A stretch of DNA of 64,000 nt from positions 1 to 64,000 of the forward strand of contig JANLSU010000107.1 of the NCBI GenBank assembly GCA_031362565.1. Reading direction: 5' to 3'. Numbering within the stretch: position 1 is the first letter of the stretch; the number at the start of each line of letters is the position of its first letter. Shown here one piece after another: positions 1 to 10,270 of the stretch. The DNA is from a bacterium (GTDB lineage Bacteria; Krumholzibacteriota; Krumholzibacteriia; G020349025). Under the pieces are notes generated by a model that saw only the letters and a program-made list of their open reading frames with translations, was not told the DNA's origin and did no database searches. Position numbers and translations under genes: made by a program.

Positions 1-1608
1 CTGGGTCCACGGCGCCGATTCGGAGTCGAACGCCAACGCGCCGACCGCACTGCCGCCCAGGGTGTCGGGGGCGATCGACACGAATCGCCCGAGGTCACTC
101 GACGCCACGTCGATGCCGCCATGGTCCGGTTCCAGGCCGGCGTCGCCGTCGCTCAAGAAGAACAAATTGCCGTCCGCGTCGCGCGCCGCGCGCCAGTAGC
201 GCCCATCGAAGCGGTGGTCGCCATGCTGCACGTGCGCCCAGACGTCGTGGGTGTGATCGCATCCGGCGCCCGGCAGCAAGATATCGACGGCTTTCGAGTC
301 ACCCGTGTTCGGCAAGGCGTGAAACCAGGCGCGCCCGTCGGCGCCGACCACGAGGGCGCGCACATGGCCGGTGGCGTCCGTCATATTGGCGCGCACGACC
401 GGGTCGTTACTGTCGAAAGAACACCACCTGCCGTCCGTGCCCAATCGGCCGACCCCACCGAGGCGCGTGCCGATCCACAAGGTGCCGTCCGACGCCAGAT
501 CGAGCGCCTGCACTTCGCTCGGCGGCGAGCCATTGGCCTCGTAGCGCTGCCAGATCGGCGCCCGGGTCAAAACCGCCTGATCGAGGTACGCGCCCTCACC
601 ATCCGCATTCTGCTGGCACGTCCACGCCGTGTCGCCGGTTGCGACCATGGTTTGGAACTCGCGATCGTTCAACGCGAATGGCGCCGATGGCGCCAGCTGC
701 CCCCAAACGAAGTTGTTGTAGAACCACACCGTGCCGTTCGAACCCGCGAAGATCTTGCCATCGGCGCGGCGCACGAGGCTGCGGACCACGAAGGCCGGCG
801 TCGGCGTCGCGGGTGTGTCGTTGAAATTGAGAATCCGCCGCCAGGCGTGCGTCGCCGGCTGCCACGTGAACACGCCGGTCGACGTGCCGGCATGCACGAC
901 GCCCGCGAAGGTCTTGAGCGTGAACGCCTGCTGGCCCGACAGACTGTCCGCCAAGAATTCCACCGTGTACGGCGGTTGCCGGGTGTACCGCGACACCCCG
1001 GAATCGGTCGCCACCCAAACGAACAACGAATCGGCGGTCAGGTCGTTGATCCGGTTGCCCTTGAGATCTTGTCCCAGCCGCCGCACCGCCTCTTGGTTGT
1101 AGCTTTCGACGGCGCCGGCGACGTCGATCTGCGCCACACCCTGCGAGGTGCCCACATAGACCGCTTGGGTACGCCAAGCTTCGATGCAAGTCACCGAATC
1201 GGCGAGGAGATTGCCGCCCGGAGTCGAACTCAGTGCGAAGAAACGTCCGAAGCGCTTGCCGCTCGAGCGAGGTCGAAAGACCACGACGCCCGACTCGGCC
1301 GTCCCCAGCCAATAGTTACCGTTGCCGTCGCGCGATACCGCCGACAAATGATTCGACGCCAGGCAGTCGCCGTTCGAACATCCCGCGTCGGCAATGGGCG
1401 GCGCGAAGGTTTGCGTCTCGGGATCGAACAGCAGCAGGCCGCCGTCGGTGGCGCAGGCCAGCACGCCGCCCGCCGGTTCGATCTCATGAATGCGACCGGC
1501 GAAAGGGTAGACGGACCATCCCGCGGGTAGATCCGCATGGGCGGACGTAACGGCGAGCACGAGCCCACCCAGCACCACGGCGGCACGACAAGTCTGCGAA
1601 CGGTTCAC
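1..1608 (-). CDS. Secreted beta-propeller protein with two-component-regulator propeller repeats, PorZ-like; runs off the window edge
   Basis: Absent from the ORF track because there is no stop in the window. GTG at 1608 after GGAGG, frame open to base 1. Reads MNRSQTCRAAVVLGGLVLAVTSAHA (signal peptide), then repeats such as CATDGGLLLFD, DGNGNYWLGTAESGV, VWVATDSGVSRY, DGTLWIGTRLGGV. Confidence 0.75.
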   Translation of the reverse strand, partial: MNRSQTCRAAVVLGGLVLAVTSAHADLPAGWSVYPFAGRIHEIEPAGGVLACATDGGLLLFDPETQTFAPPIADAGCSNGDCLASNHLSAVSRDGNGNYWLGTAESGVVVFRPRSSGKRFGRFFALSSTPGGNLLADSVTCIEAWRTQAVYVGTSQGVAQIDVAGAVESYNQEAVRRLGQDLKGNRINDLTADSLFVWVATDSGVSRYTRQPPYTVEFLADSLSGQQAFTLKTFAGVVHAGTSTGVFTWQPATHAWRRILNFNDTPATPTPAFVVRSLVRRADGKIFAGSNGTVWFYNNFVWGQLAPSAPFALNDREFQTMVATGDTAWTCQQNADGEGAYLDQAVLTRAPIWQRYEANGSPPSEVQALDLASDGTLWIGTRLGGVGRLGTDGRWCSFDSNDPVVRANMTDATGHVRALVVGADGRAWFHALPNTGDSKAVDILLPGAGCDHTHDVWAHVQHGDHRFDGRYWRAARDADGNLFFLSDGDAGLEPDHGGIDVASSDLGRFVSIAPDTLGGSAVGALAFDSESAPWTQ

Positions 1609-1637
1609 GGCGCCATCCTCCGTTTGGTTCCGGGCAG

Positions 1638-3785
1638 TCAAGGACGCGGGCCGGGTCCGAGCCGGAGCCCGCGTCCTGTCAGCATGTGGCCCAGCGCCTG
1701 CAGGAGCAACCGGAAATCGAGCCCCAGCGACCAACTCTGCACGTAGTGCAGGTCGAGCTGGACGATGCGCTCGAGATCGGCGGCGCCCTCCGGCAGCGTG
1801 CGCCAGAAACCGGCCAGACCAGGCGCCATCTCGAACCGCAGGCGCTGCCACGGCGCGACCAACGCCTCGGCCCCAGCCGGCAATGGGCATGGACCGACGA
1901 ACGACAATTTGCCCTGCAAGACGGCGGCGAGGGCCGGCAGGTTGACGAAATCACTCGGCCAGAGCCCGAGTCCGGCGTTCACGAGCGGCAGGTCGATGGG
2001 CTCTCCCTCGGCACCGAGCCGCGGCTCGGTCGCGTACAAAGCCGCGCCGCGGGCTCGTGCCAGGGCTCGGTAGACAAGGCTGGGAAGGGCCCCGAGGGCA
2101 AGCAAGACCACCGCACCCAGGAGATCCAAGCCGCGTTTCACGACCCGCTGCAGCGGATAGAGGGTGTCACGTCCGAACACCAGCACCGGGATATCCGCCA
2201 GCCGCTCGACGCGGGAGCGCTGGCCCAACAGTTCGGCGAAGCCGGACATGACGTGCACGTCGACCGCCCGCCGCCTTAGGGTGCCGACCATGTGCGCGAC
2301 GTTTTCGAGCTCGGCGGCCGAGGGCGCCACCAGCACCTGTTGGATGCGGTGCTCGTGGACGACGCCGCCCAGCGCCTCCAGGCCGCCCAACGCCCGCCGC
2401 CCCGGCTCCCCGACCGACACGAAGCCGACGACATCGAGCCCGAGTTCGGGCCGGGCGGCGAGCAGCGAGCGCAACTCACGCGCCTCGTCTTCGGTGCCGA
2501 CGATCGCCAAACGCCGCAGGTCGATGCGCATTTCGAGGATCCGCGCGTGCAAGGCGCGAATGGCGCGCCGGGCGCCCCACAGCAAGAACGTCGCGAAGAA
2601 CAGGAACATCACGACGACGGTGCGCGAGATGAGCCGTTCGCGGGCAATGTAGGTGCTGGCCATGATGACGCCGACGGCCAAGAACAGCGCCCGTCCGATC
2701 TCCACCAACTCGTCGGCCCGCGGTTTGCCGCGCCCGATCCGGTACAGCCCGGAGAAATACAGCACCAAGAGGACGACGATGTTGGTGAACACCCAGAAGT
2801 TGCCGTAGTTCTCGAGCGTGTAGAGCGGATTCTCGAAGCTGCTGCGCAAGTAGGCGCGAATGCCGTAAGCGGCGAGAAACGCCAGATTCGTCGCAATCAG
2901 ATCCGCCCCGACGAACACCGCGACTTTGGCGGGTTCACGATAGCGCTTGGCGACGTACGCCCAGCGGTTCCATTTTTCGTAGTAACGGAGCAACGAGCCC
3001 AAGTGGGCCCAAAAGCTGCGCGACAACTTCGGTTTGGCGCTTTCGCGCCGATGCTCGTGCACCATTTCGGCGCCCGGCAGATACCAAACTTTCCAGCCCT
3101 GGCGGCTCATCCGGAAACACCAGTCGACATCCTCGAAGTAGAGGAAGAACCGTTCGTCCATTCCGCCGACGATGTCGGCGGCCGTGCGCCGCACCATCAT
3201 GCAGGCGCCGATGACCCAGTCCACGGCGCGCGGTGACGCGTGGTCGTAGTCGAGCATCAGGTGGCGGCGGATGACCGGGTGGTTGGGAAACAGCTTGCCG
3301 AGTGGCGTGCGCCGCATGAGCAGCGTCGACGGAGTGTAGAACCCACGGCAGGTGTGCTGCAGCGAGCCGTCGGTGTTGAGCAGTTTCGCCGCACTGATGC
3401 CGGCGTCGGGGTTCGCATCCATGAACTCGACCATGCGGTCGAGGGCCTGTTCGCGTACGACGATGTCCGGATTCAGCACCAGGACATAGTCGCCGGTGGT
3501 GTGTTCGATCCCGAGATTGACGGCGCTCGAATACCCGAGGTTGCGTTTGTTCGCGAGGACGCGCGCCCAGGGAAACTCGGCGCGCAACATGTCGACGGAG
3601 CCGTCCTGCGAAGCGTTGTCGACTACCAAAACGTCGAAGGCGATGCGCGGCGGAAAGGCGCGCAGCGACTCGAGACAACGGCGGATGAGCTTGCGCGTGT
3701 TGTAGCTCACGATGACCACCGACACGCGGGCCGGGGCCCCGGGCGGCGCGTCGACGCGGCTCGTGTCCTGCATCGGATCTCCCAT
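1638..3785 (-). CDS. GT2 glycosyltransferase fused to a WcaJ/WbaP-like sugar-transferase module (PGT domain degenerate)
   Basis: N-terminal VSVVIVSYN, VVDNASQDGS, LNPD, FFLYFEDVDWC (GT2); then ~4 TM helices, a Rossmann-like domain, and KRGLD...VGPCP...LDLHYVQSWSLGLD. ATG at 3785 after AGGGG. Confidence 0.85.
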   Translation of the reverse strand: MGDPMQDTSRVDAPPGAPARVSVVIVSYNTRKLIRRCLESLRAFPPRIAFDVLVVDNASQDGSVDMLRAEFPWARVLANKRNLGYSSAVNLGIEHTTGDYVLVLNPDIVVREQALDRMVEFMDANPDAGISAAKLLNTDGSLQHTCRGFYTPSTLLMRRTPLGKLFPNHPVIRRHLMLDYDHASPRAVDWVIGACMMVRRTAADIVGGMDERFFLYFEDVDWCFRMSRQGWKVWYLPGAEMVHEHRRESAKPKLSRSFWAHLGSLLRYYEKWNRWAYVAKRYREPAKVAVFVGADLIATNLAFLAAYGIRAYLRSSFENPLYTLENYGNFWVFTNIVVLLVLYFSGLYRIGRGKPRADELVEIGRALFLAVGVIMASTYIARERLISRTVVVMFLFFATFLLWGARRAIRALHARILEMRIDLRRLAIVGTEDEARELRSLLAARPELGLDVVGFVSVGEPGRRALGGLEALGGVVHEHRIQQVLVAPSAAELENVAHMVGTLRRRAVDVHVMSGFAELLGQRSRVERLADIPVLVFGRDTLYPLQRVVKRGLDLLGAVVLLALGALPSLVYRALARARGAALYATEPRLGAEGEPIDLPLVNAGLGLWPSDFVNLPALAAVLQGKLSFVGPCPLPAGAEALVAPWQRLRFEMAPGLAGFWRTLPEGAADLERIVQLDLHYVQSWSLGLDFRLLLQALGHMLTGRGLRLGPGPRP

Positions 3786-3799
3786 CACACCACGTCCCC

Positions 3800-4609
3800 T
3801 TACCGCCCGCCGGAACGCTTCGGATCCGCTCTCCACGTCGCGCGCATGAAGAACAACTTCCAGACGAGAAACACGGCCTCCATGATGATGCTCTTGTTCA
3901 TTTTCGAGATGCCGATCCGCCGGTCCACGAAAATGATCGGGATCTCGCGGATTCGAAACCCCTGCTTCCAGCAGTACCAATTCACTTCGATCTGAAAGGC
4001 GTAGCCGTCGCTTTGAATCCGGTCGAGCGGAATCGCTTCCAACACGGCACGGCGGAAGCACTTGAAGCCCCCCGTACTGTCGCACACCGGCAACCCGGTG
4101 ACGAGGCGCGCGTAGTGATTGGCCCCGACGGACAGCACCAGGCGCCTGAGCGGCCAGTTCACGACCGTGATGCCGTGCAAATACCGCGAGCCCAGAACCA
4201 GGTCGGCATTGGCAATTTCGCGCAAGAACTCCGGCAACGAGGCGGGGTTGTGCGAAAAATCGGCGTCCATTTCGAACACCAACGGATAACCCTGGGCGAG
4301 TGCCCAGCGGAAGCCGGCGATGTAGGCCGAACCCAGGCCCAGCTTGCCGCGGCGTTCGATCATCGCCACGCGGTCGCCGAATTGCGGCAACGCCTGAACG
4401 ACGCGCGCCGTGCCATCCGGCGAACCGTCGTCGACCACCAGCACGTCGAGTCCGGGATCCTGCTCCAGAATGAGCGGAATCAGCCGGCTGATGTTCTCGA
4501 CTTCATTGTAGGTGGGCACGACGACGAGGCCGGTACGGGTCGCGCCGCGCGGCACGGCCGCCGCGCCCAGCGCCATTCCGGATGTCTGGCTGGCGGCCGG
4601 CTGTGTCAT
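3800..4609 (-). CDS. Polyprenol monophosphomannose synthase (Ppm1/DPM1-like GT2)
   Basis: VVVPTYNE, VVDDGSPDGT, GKLGLGSAY, EMDADFSH, DSTGGFKCFR, GYAFQIE. ATG overlaps the upstream stop (ATGA). Confidence 0.88.
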   Translation of the reverse strand: MTQPAASQTSGMALGAAAVPRGATRTGLVVVPTYNEVENISRLIPLILEQDPGLDVLVVDDGSPDGTARVVQALPQFGDRVAMIERRGKLGLGSAYIAGFRWALAQGYPLVFEMDADFSHNPASLPEFLREIANADLVLGSRYLHGITVVNWPLRRLVLSVGANHYARLVTGLPVCDSTGGFKCFRRAVLEAIPLDRIQSDGYAFQIEVNWYCWKQGFRIREIPIIFVDRRIGISKMNKSIIMEAVFLVWKLFFMRATWRADPKRSGGR

Positions 4610-7062
4610 GCCACGGCTCCCGAAGTCCGGCGCCGGCGGCTGCGAATCCACGTCGAGCCCACGAGTCCCAACACGATCACCAACGACACGCAACTCACCG
4701 CCAAGCCGCGCCGCAGCGCCGGATCCACGAACTCGAACTCGACATGGGATGTCCCGGCCGGCACCGCTACGGCGCGCAACACCGCGTCGGCCGGCCACAC
4801 GGGTACCGGTTTGCCGTCCACCTTGGCGCGCCAGCCCGAGTGGTACGCCTCGGCCAACACGACGAGCGCCGGCGCGCTCGCCGTGACCTCGAGTCCAACC
4901 TTGTTGGCGCTGAAGGACTGGACTTGGGCGGTGCCGGTGGCGCCCGGATCCGGTGCCGGGAGTGGGTCGGATTCGAGCAGCACGATGTGCGAACGGTCGA
5001 AATCATCGCCGAGCAGGCGGGCTTTGCAGGGTTCGCCCGGCGCCGTGTGTTCCCACGCTCCCGTGACCCAAGCACGCGGCATGGCGCGCGGATTTTCGTA
5101 CACGACTCCGTCCGCACCTTCATACACCGGTGCCAGGCTCGTTTGCTGCAGGCGTTGGGGAAGCACGACGTACCGCACCGCGAAGAGATCGAGCAGGTGC
5201 GGATCGATCGTCTGCTGACTGGTGTTCACGAGTTGCTCGAAGCGCGCCAGCTTGGCGGGATGGTAGCCGCCGGCGCTCGCGATGCCGAATGCCATCCACT
5301 CGTTGTTCATGAAGCCGGGCCCTGCCGGCAGGATGCGGAGCGGCGCGGCGCCGTCGCGCGGCTGTTTCTGCAGGAATTGGACGAGCGGCGTCGCTTGCGG
5401 CTCGAGCGAATGCGCCGCCGCCGTCCGTGCGGCAACGCCGGGCCAGGTGTGCTCGGGCGCCACCATCTTGCGGTCGACCACTCCCAGATCGATCGCGGTC
5501 AGCGCGACGAGCAATACGCCGGCCACATCGAACGGCAGCCGGCGGCGCCAGGCAAGCACCACCACCACCGCATGCGCCACCAACAGCAAGCCGATGCGCA
5601 ACCCGTCGCCCTGCAGGAGGTGGCGCGCGACCTCCGCATACACCGCGCGCCCTTCGGGCGACAAACGCGGATTGGCGCCGACGCGGCTCGCGAGTGCGCC
5701 GCTCCACGGTTGGACGAGCAGTGCCGTCACGACCGCAATCGCGATGGTGGCGACCAGGGCACGATCGGCCTCGCGCCCCGCCGGCGGCCGGCGCCAGGCG
5801 AAGCCGCTCGGCAACCGCCCGAGGAGCGCGGCGCTCCCCAGCCCCACAACGAGCGCGGCGCACAGTTGCTGCAAGACCAGAATCATGACCGGGACGCGGA
5901 AACGATTGAAATACGGCAGATAGCGATAGAACAGGTCATAGACCAAGGGCGCGTTGCGGCCAAAGCTCACGAGCAACGCCAACACCGACAGAGCCAGAGC
6001 GAACGTCAAGAGGCGCCCCCGCAGAAGCAGCAACGCCGCGATGCCGAAGAGCAAACTCGCTTGGCCGAGGTAATTCGGAAAATTCGTGAACGGCATCGTG
6101 CCGACATACGTCCCCTCGCCGAAGCCCGCCGCAGATGGCAGCCAGAGCGTCGCCATCTCGGAGAGCGAGAACGACCAGTTGGTGGCGTACTGATACGCGG
6201 CACCACCGCCTTCGGCCGCACCACGAATCGATTCAGGCGCGTACGCTTTCACCGGCAGGAGCATGACCGAGGCAATGCCGGCACCGAGCAGTCCGCCCGC
6301 CGCGAGTCCAACGGCAAAGCGCCGAAGTTCACCGCGCGGCGTACCCGAACGCAAGCTGGCCACGACTTCGACGATCAAGAACACACCCAGCAAGAGCACG
6401 CCGTAGAAGGCAATCTGCGGATGGCCACGCAAGAGCTGCAGTCCGAAAACCAATCCGAACAGTCCGATCCACAGGGGCCGCCGGTCGCCGTCGCGAATGC
6501 GCAGTGCCAAGAGCGTCAGGTACGGCAGATAAGCGACGCTGGCAAGCTTGCTTCCGTGCCCGAACACGCCCATCGACATCAGGTGGGGCATGAGCATGAA
6601 AGCCGCGCCGCCGACCAGCGATGGCCAAAACCCGCAGCCGCGGTCGCGCAACAGCAGGAACACACCAAACCCAGCCGCCACGAGATAGAACACGAGCCAC
6701 AAGAGCGGCGGCGCCATCGGCAGTTTGGTGAGTGCGGCAAGAACTTCCGAAACCGGATACACCCACGGCGTAAACGCCAGGCTCGAAAAGCTCGGCATCC
6801 CCAAGAACAGGAACGGGTTCCAGAGCGGATACTCGCCCGCCGCCAGCGCCGCCTTGCCGGCGGCGCCGAAGTACGACGGCGACTCGTAGTCCGGTGAAGT
6901 GAAGATCTGACGTTGGAGCGTAATCTCCGGCACGACGCACGCGAGCACGATCCACAAGAGGAGGGCGGCAAGCAGGAGCTGCTGCCACACAGGGCGGGCG
7001 CTCATCGCCTCCGGCCGCGGTGGCTCGGAGGCCGCGCCTTTGGCGCGGCGGCTAACGCTCAA
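4606..7062 (-). CDS. YfhO-family polytopic membrane protein (GT-C fold)
   Basis: GEYPLWNPFLFLGMP, GHPQ, FRVP, many TM helices, C-terminal VYENPRAMPRA and LAEAYHSGWRAKVDG. TTG start after GGAGG/GAGG. Confidence 0.85.
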   Translation of the reverse strand: MSVSRRAKGAASEPPRPEAMSARPVWQQLLLAALLLWIVLACVVPEITLQRQIFTSPDYESPSYFGAAGKAALAAGEYPLWNPFLFLGMPSFSSLAFTPWVYPVSEVLAALTKLPMAPPLLWLVFYLVAAGFGVFLLLRDRGCGFWPSLVGGAAFMLMPHLMSMGVFGHGSKLASVAYLPYLTLLALRIRDGDRRPLWIGLFGLVFGLQLLRGHPQIAFYGVLLLGVFLIVEVVASLRSGTPRGELRRFAVGLAAGGLLGAGIASVMLLPVKAYAPESIRGAAEGGGAAYQYATNWSFSLSEMATLWLPSAAGFGEGTYVGTMPFTNFPNYLGQASLLFGIAALLLLRGRLLTFALALSVLALLVSFGRNAPLVYDLFYRYLPYFNRFRVPVMILVLQQLCAALVVGLGSAALLGRLPSGFAWRRPPAGREADRALVATIAIAVVTALLVQPWSGALASRVGANPRLSPEGRAVYAEVARHLLQGDGLRIGLLLVAHAVVVVLAWRRRLPFDVAGVLLVALTAIDLGVVDRKMVAPEHTWPGVAARTAAAHSLEPQATPLVQFLQKQPRDGAAPLRILPAGPGFMNNEWMAFGIASAGGYHPAKLARFEQLVNTSQQTIDPHLLDLFAVRYVVLPQRLQQTSLAPVYEGADGVVYENPRAMPRAWVTGAWEHTAPGEPCKARLLGDDFDRSHIVLLESDPLPAPDPGATGTAQVQSFSANKVGLEVTASAPALVVLAEAYHSGWRAKVDGKPVPVWPADAVLRAVAVPAGTSHVEFEFVDPALRRGLAVSCVSLVIVLGLVGSTWIRSRRRRTSGAVA

Positions 7063-7152
7063 GACCTCGCCCTCCCAAACGTGTGGCGCGCAACGTCTTG
7101 GACGTCGCGCGGCATGGCGCACGCCCTTGGGGCGCCGGGCGCCGGCATTCTA

Positions 7153-8346
7153 TCATCGGCGGCCCGCCGGCCGCTCCGGGCCGGATTTCATCGGCAAACC
7201 GAGGGCGCCGGCGGCCCGATCGACGGCCGCCCCCATGGCGGACCACGAGAACTGCTCGGCGGCGCCTTTCAGGTGCCGGGCGTAGCGGGCGCTGGCGCCA
7301 GGCGCGAAAAACTCCGTCAAAGCCCCACCGAGCGCTTCGGGATCGCGCGGCGGAACGACGCGCCCCGTTTCGCCGTCGCGCACTGCTTCGGGCAGACCGC
7401 CGACGCGCGTCACGATGACCGGCCGTTCGAAGGACAAGGCAATTTGGGCGATGCCGCTTTGGGTCGCCGAAACATAGGGCAGGACCACGACGTCGGCGGC
7501 GCGAAAATAGGTTTCGACGTCTTCGTTGGCGATATAGCGATCGTGAACCACGACGGCGCTTTCGAGCCCCAGTTCCGCGATGAGCGCGTCGTAGGGAGCG
7601 CGGTCCTGATAGAACTCACCGGCCACGACGAGTGTCACCGGCACCGTCCGCCGCGCCACCGCGATGGCCCGCAGGAGGACGTCGAGACCTTTGTAGGCGC
7701 GTACCAGTCCGAAGAACAGCACGACGGGTCCGGCGACTCCAAGTTTGGCTCTTGCCGCCTCGGGCGCGACCTTGCCCTGCTCGAAGAACGTGTACGCGGG
7801 ATGCGGCGTGAGTTGGCGCGGTTTGTTCGGAAACAAACGACCGAGCACGTCGAAGTCGCTCTGGCTCTGCACCAAGAAGCCATCGGCGGCGCCCAGCCCC
7901 CACTTGATGAGGAAGAGGTCGGCGGCCGAGCGCTCGTGCGGCAATACGTTGTGACAGAGATACAGCACGCGCGCTCCGGCGCGCCGCGCGCCGCGGGCAA
8001 TCGTCGCAGAGGCCGGCGCAAAAAATGGATGCCACCACTGCACGATGAGCAGTTTCGCACCGAAGGCGCGAACCGCGGCCGCCGCCTGCAGCCAGGTGTG
8101 GGGGCCGATGCAATCGACGATGTGTTCGACGCGGACGCCCCGGGGCACGAGTGGCGCCGCACTGTCGTCCAGCTGGGTGCGGCCCGGAAAGAGCATGCCC
8201 GGATACAAGCGTTTGAATCCGAGGCCGAGCACCGGGTGGTCGTGCGCCAGAGTCTCGGCGAGCAACGTCGTGTGGTGAGCGATGCCGCCCCGGTGTGGGT
8301 GGTACGGTCCGAACACCGCGAGCGGATAGGCGCTCGCCACTTTCAC
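7153..8346 (-). CDS. Glycosyltransferase family 4
   Basis: RGGIAHHT, LFFGLVRAYKGLD, ADVVVLPYVSATQSG, VGGLPE. GTG overlaps the upstream stop (GTGA). Confidence 0.9.
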   Translation of the reverse strand: MKVASAYPLAVFGPYHPHRGGIAHHTTLLAETLAHDHPVLGLGFKRLYPGMLFPGRTQLDDSAAPLVPRGVRVEHIVDCIGPHTWLQAAAAVRAFGAKLLIVQWWHPFFAPASATIARGARRAGARVLYLCHNVLPHERSAADLFLIKWGLGAADGFLVQSQSDFDVLGRLFPNKPRQLTPHPAYTFFEQGKVAPEAARAKLGVAGPVVLFFGLVRAYKGLDVLLRAIAVARRTVPVTLVVAGEFYQDRAPYDALIAELGLESAVVVHDRYIANEDVETYFRAADVVVLPYVSATQSGIAQIALSFERPVIVTRVGGLPEAVRDGETGRVVPPRDPEALGGALTEFFAPGASARYARHLKGAAEQFSWSAMGAAVDRAAGALGLPMKSGPERPAGRR

Positions 8347-9284
8347 ACCCCCGCCGGCGGTTCGAGGCGTTCGCGAAAGCTCCAGATCTGGCGCTCGGCG
8401 CGTTCCGCCGACAGCATTTCGGCCAACAGTCCCATGCTGCCGATTTGGATCGCCACGATGACAAGCCCGACGCCGATCAGCATGAGCGGCCGGACCCGCA
8501 GCCCGTGGCCTTGGATCCACTGCACGAGGAACCAGGCGTCGATGCCAATGCCGGCCACCAGGAAGGCGAGCGCCAGCATGCCGAAGAAATACAGCGGCGA
8601 ACGGCCGCGGCGGGTGATGAACATGACCGTCATCAAATCGAAAAACCCATGCAGGAAGCGCGCTGGGCCGAATTTCGAGCGCCCGAACTTGCGCGCCCGG
8701 TGATGGACCGGGATCTCGCGCACCGCGAAGCCGTTCCATGCCGCCAGCACCGGAATGAAGCGATGCAATTCACCGTAGACGCGCACCGCCTTCACGACAT
8801 CCGAGCGGTATGCTTTGAGCCCAGTGTTGAAGTCGTGCAACCGCACCCCCGAAGCGCGTGCCGTGACCGCGTTGAAGAGCTTGGACGGCAAACGCTTGCT
8901 CCAAGGATCGCGCCGGTCCCGCTTCCACCCACACACCAGGTCCGCGCCGTCGGCGAGCGCTGCCAGCAGGCGCGGCACTTCCGCCGGATCGTCCTGCAAG
9001 TCCGCGTCCAGCGTCACCACGAAGTTGCCGCGCGCCGCTTCGAACCCGGCCGCGAGTCCGGCGCTCTTGCCCTGATTGCGCCGGAAAGACAACACGCGCA
9101 CGTGCGCCGGATCGGCCGCATACAACCCGCGCAGGACTTCGAGGCTGCCGTCCGTCGACCCGTCGTCGATGAAAACGTATTCGTAGCCGCCGGCGATGGC
9201 CGCGGTCATACGGTCGAGCTCCGTTTTCAATTCGCGGAGGCTTTCGGCCTCGTTGTAGAGCGGAATAACGACCGAGAGTTGCAA
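8343..9284 (-). CDS. GT2 of GtrB/ArnC type (polyprenyl-phosphate sugar transferase with two C-terminal TMs)
   Basis: SVVIPLYNE, DDGSTDGS, RNQGKSAGL, LDADLQDDP, LHDFNTGLKAYR, YGELHRFIP. TTG start after GGAG. Confidence 0.88.
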   Translation of the reverse strand: MQLSVVIPLYNEAESLRELKTELDRMTAAIAGGYEYVFIDDGSTDGSLEVLRGLYAADPAHVRVLSFRRNQGKSAGLAAGFEAARGNFVVTLDADLQDDPAEVPRLLAALADGADLVCGWKRDRRDPWSKRLPSKLFNAVTARASGVRLHDFNTGLKAYRSDVVKAVRVYGELHRFIPVLAAWNGFAVREIPVHHRARKFGRSKFGPARFLHGFFDLMTVMFITRRGRSPLYFFGMLALAFLVAGIGIDAWFLVQWIQGHGLRVRPLMLIGVGLVIVAIQIGSMGLLAEMLSAERAERQIWSFRERLEPPAGV

Positions 9285-9298
9285 GGCGACTCCGTCGG

Positions 9299-10249
9299 TC
9301 AGGCGTACAACGCGCGTAGCCAAGCGACTTCGGCCGGAATGCCGTCTTCGGGCCGTACCGCCGCGTGCCACCCGAGTTCGGCGGCTACCCGGCGCGTGTC
9401 GGCGTGGGTGTCGCGCACATCGCCGTGTACGGGCGGCTGAAACGTGATAGCGAGTTTGCGGCCCAAGGCCGACTCGATGATTCCCAGGACATGGTGCAAC
9501 GTGACGTTGGACCCGCCGCCGACGTTGAAAACGCCGTAGGGTTGCGCGTAGCGCATGGCGGCCAGATTCGCTTCGACGGCGTCGTCGACGAACGTGAAGT
9601 CACGCGTCTGCCCGCCGTCGCCGTACACCTCGATGGGCTCGCCACGCAGGCCCGCCCGCCCGAACTTGTGGAACGCCATGTCCGGCCGTTGGCGCGGCCC
9701 ATACACGGTGAAGTAGCGCAGGCTCACGACCGGCAGCCCATAGTTGAAGTGATACAGGCCGCAGAGCTGTTCGGCGGAAAGCTTGGTGACGCCGTACGGA
9801 GAAATCGGTGACGGCAGTGCGTCTTCGGACATCGGCATTTGCCGCGCATTGCCGTACACCGAACTCGAACTCGAGTACACGAGCTTCGGCAGAGAGACGT
9901 CTCGCGCCGCCTCCAGGAGCTTTTGCGTCGCCTCGATATTGCAGTGCAGGTAGTGCACGAATTCGTGGCCCCAGCTCGCCCGCACGCCGGCTTGCGCCGC
10001 CAAATGGAAGCAGCACTGCACGTCGCGCAGCACGGGTCCGAGGTCGATTGCCGCCAGATCCCCTTCGACGAATTCGAAGCGTGGATTGCGCCGTGCCGCC
10101 GCCAGGTTGGCGCGCTTGATGGCCGGATCATAGTAGTCGGTGAAAGCATCCACACCGCGTACCCGGCAACCGTCGCGCAGGAGCCGGTCCACCAACGTCG
10201 ACCCGATGAACCCGGCCGCGCCGGTCACGAGGAGAACATCGTTTGCCAT
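9299..10249 (-). CDS. NAD-dependent nucleotide-sugar epimerase/dehydratase (UDP-glucuronate/UDP-glucose 4-epimerase-like)
   Basis: TGAAGFIGS, HLAAQAGVR, SSSSVYG, YGVTK, LRYFTVYGPRQRPDMA. Confidence 0.92.
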   Translation of the reverse strand: MANDVLLVTGAAGFIGSTLVDRLLRDGCRVRGVDAFTDYYDPAIKRANLAAARRNPRFEFVEGDLAAIDLGPVLRDVQCCFHLAAQAGVRASWGHEFVHYLHCNIEATQKLLEAARDVSLPKLVYSSSSSVYGNARQMPMSEDALPSPISPYGVTKLSAEQLCGLYHFNYGLPVVSLRYFTVYGPRQRPDMAFHKFGRAGLRGEPIEVYGDGGQTRDFTFVDDAVEANLAAMRYAQPYGVFNVGGGSNVTLHHVLGIIESALGRKLAITFQPPVHGDVRDTHADTRRVAAELGWHAAVRPEDGIPAEVAWLRALYA

Positions 10250-10270
10250 TCTTGGATTCCCCCTCGTTCC

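Noticed and set aside
121..1530. 469-aa plus-strand ORF and the many other long antisense ORFs (e.g. 9839-13084, 28857-31673, 55749-57842)
   Set aside because: Shadow frames of recognisable opposite-strand genes, expected at high GC; Arg/Ala-rich with no motifs.
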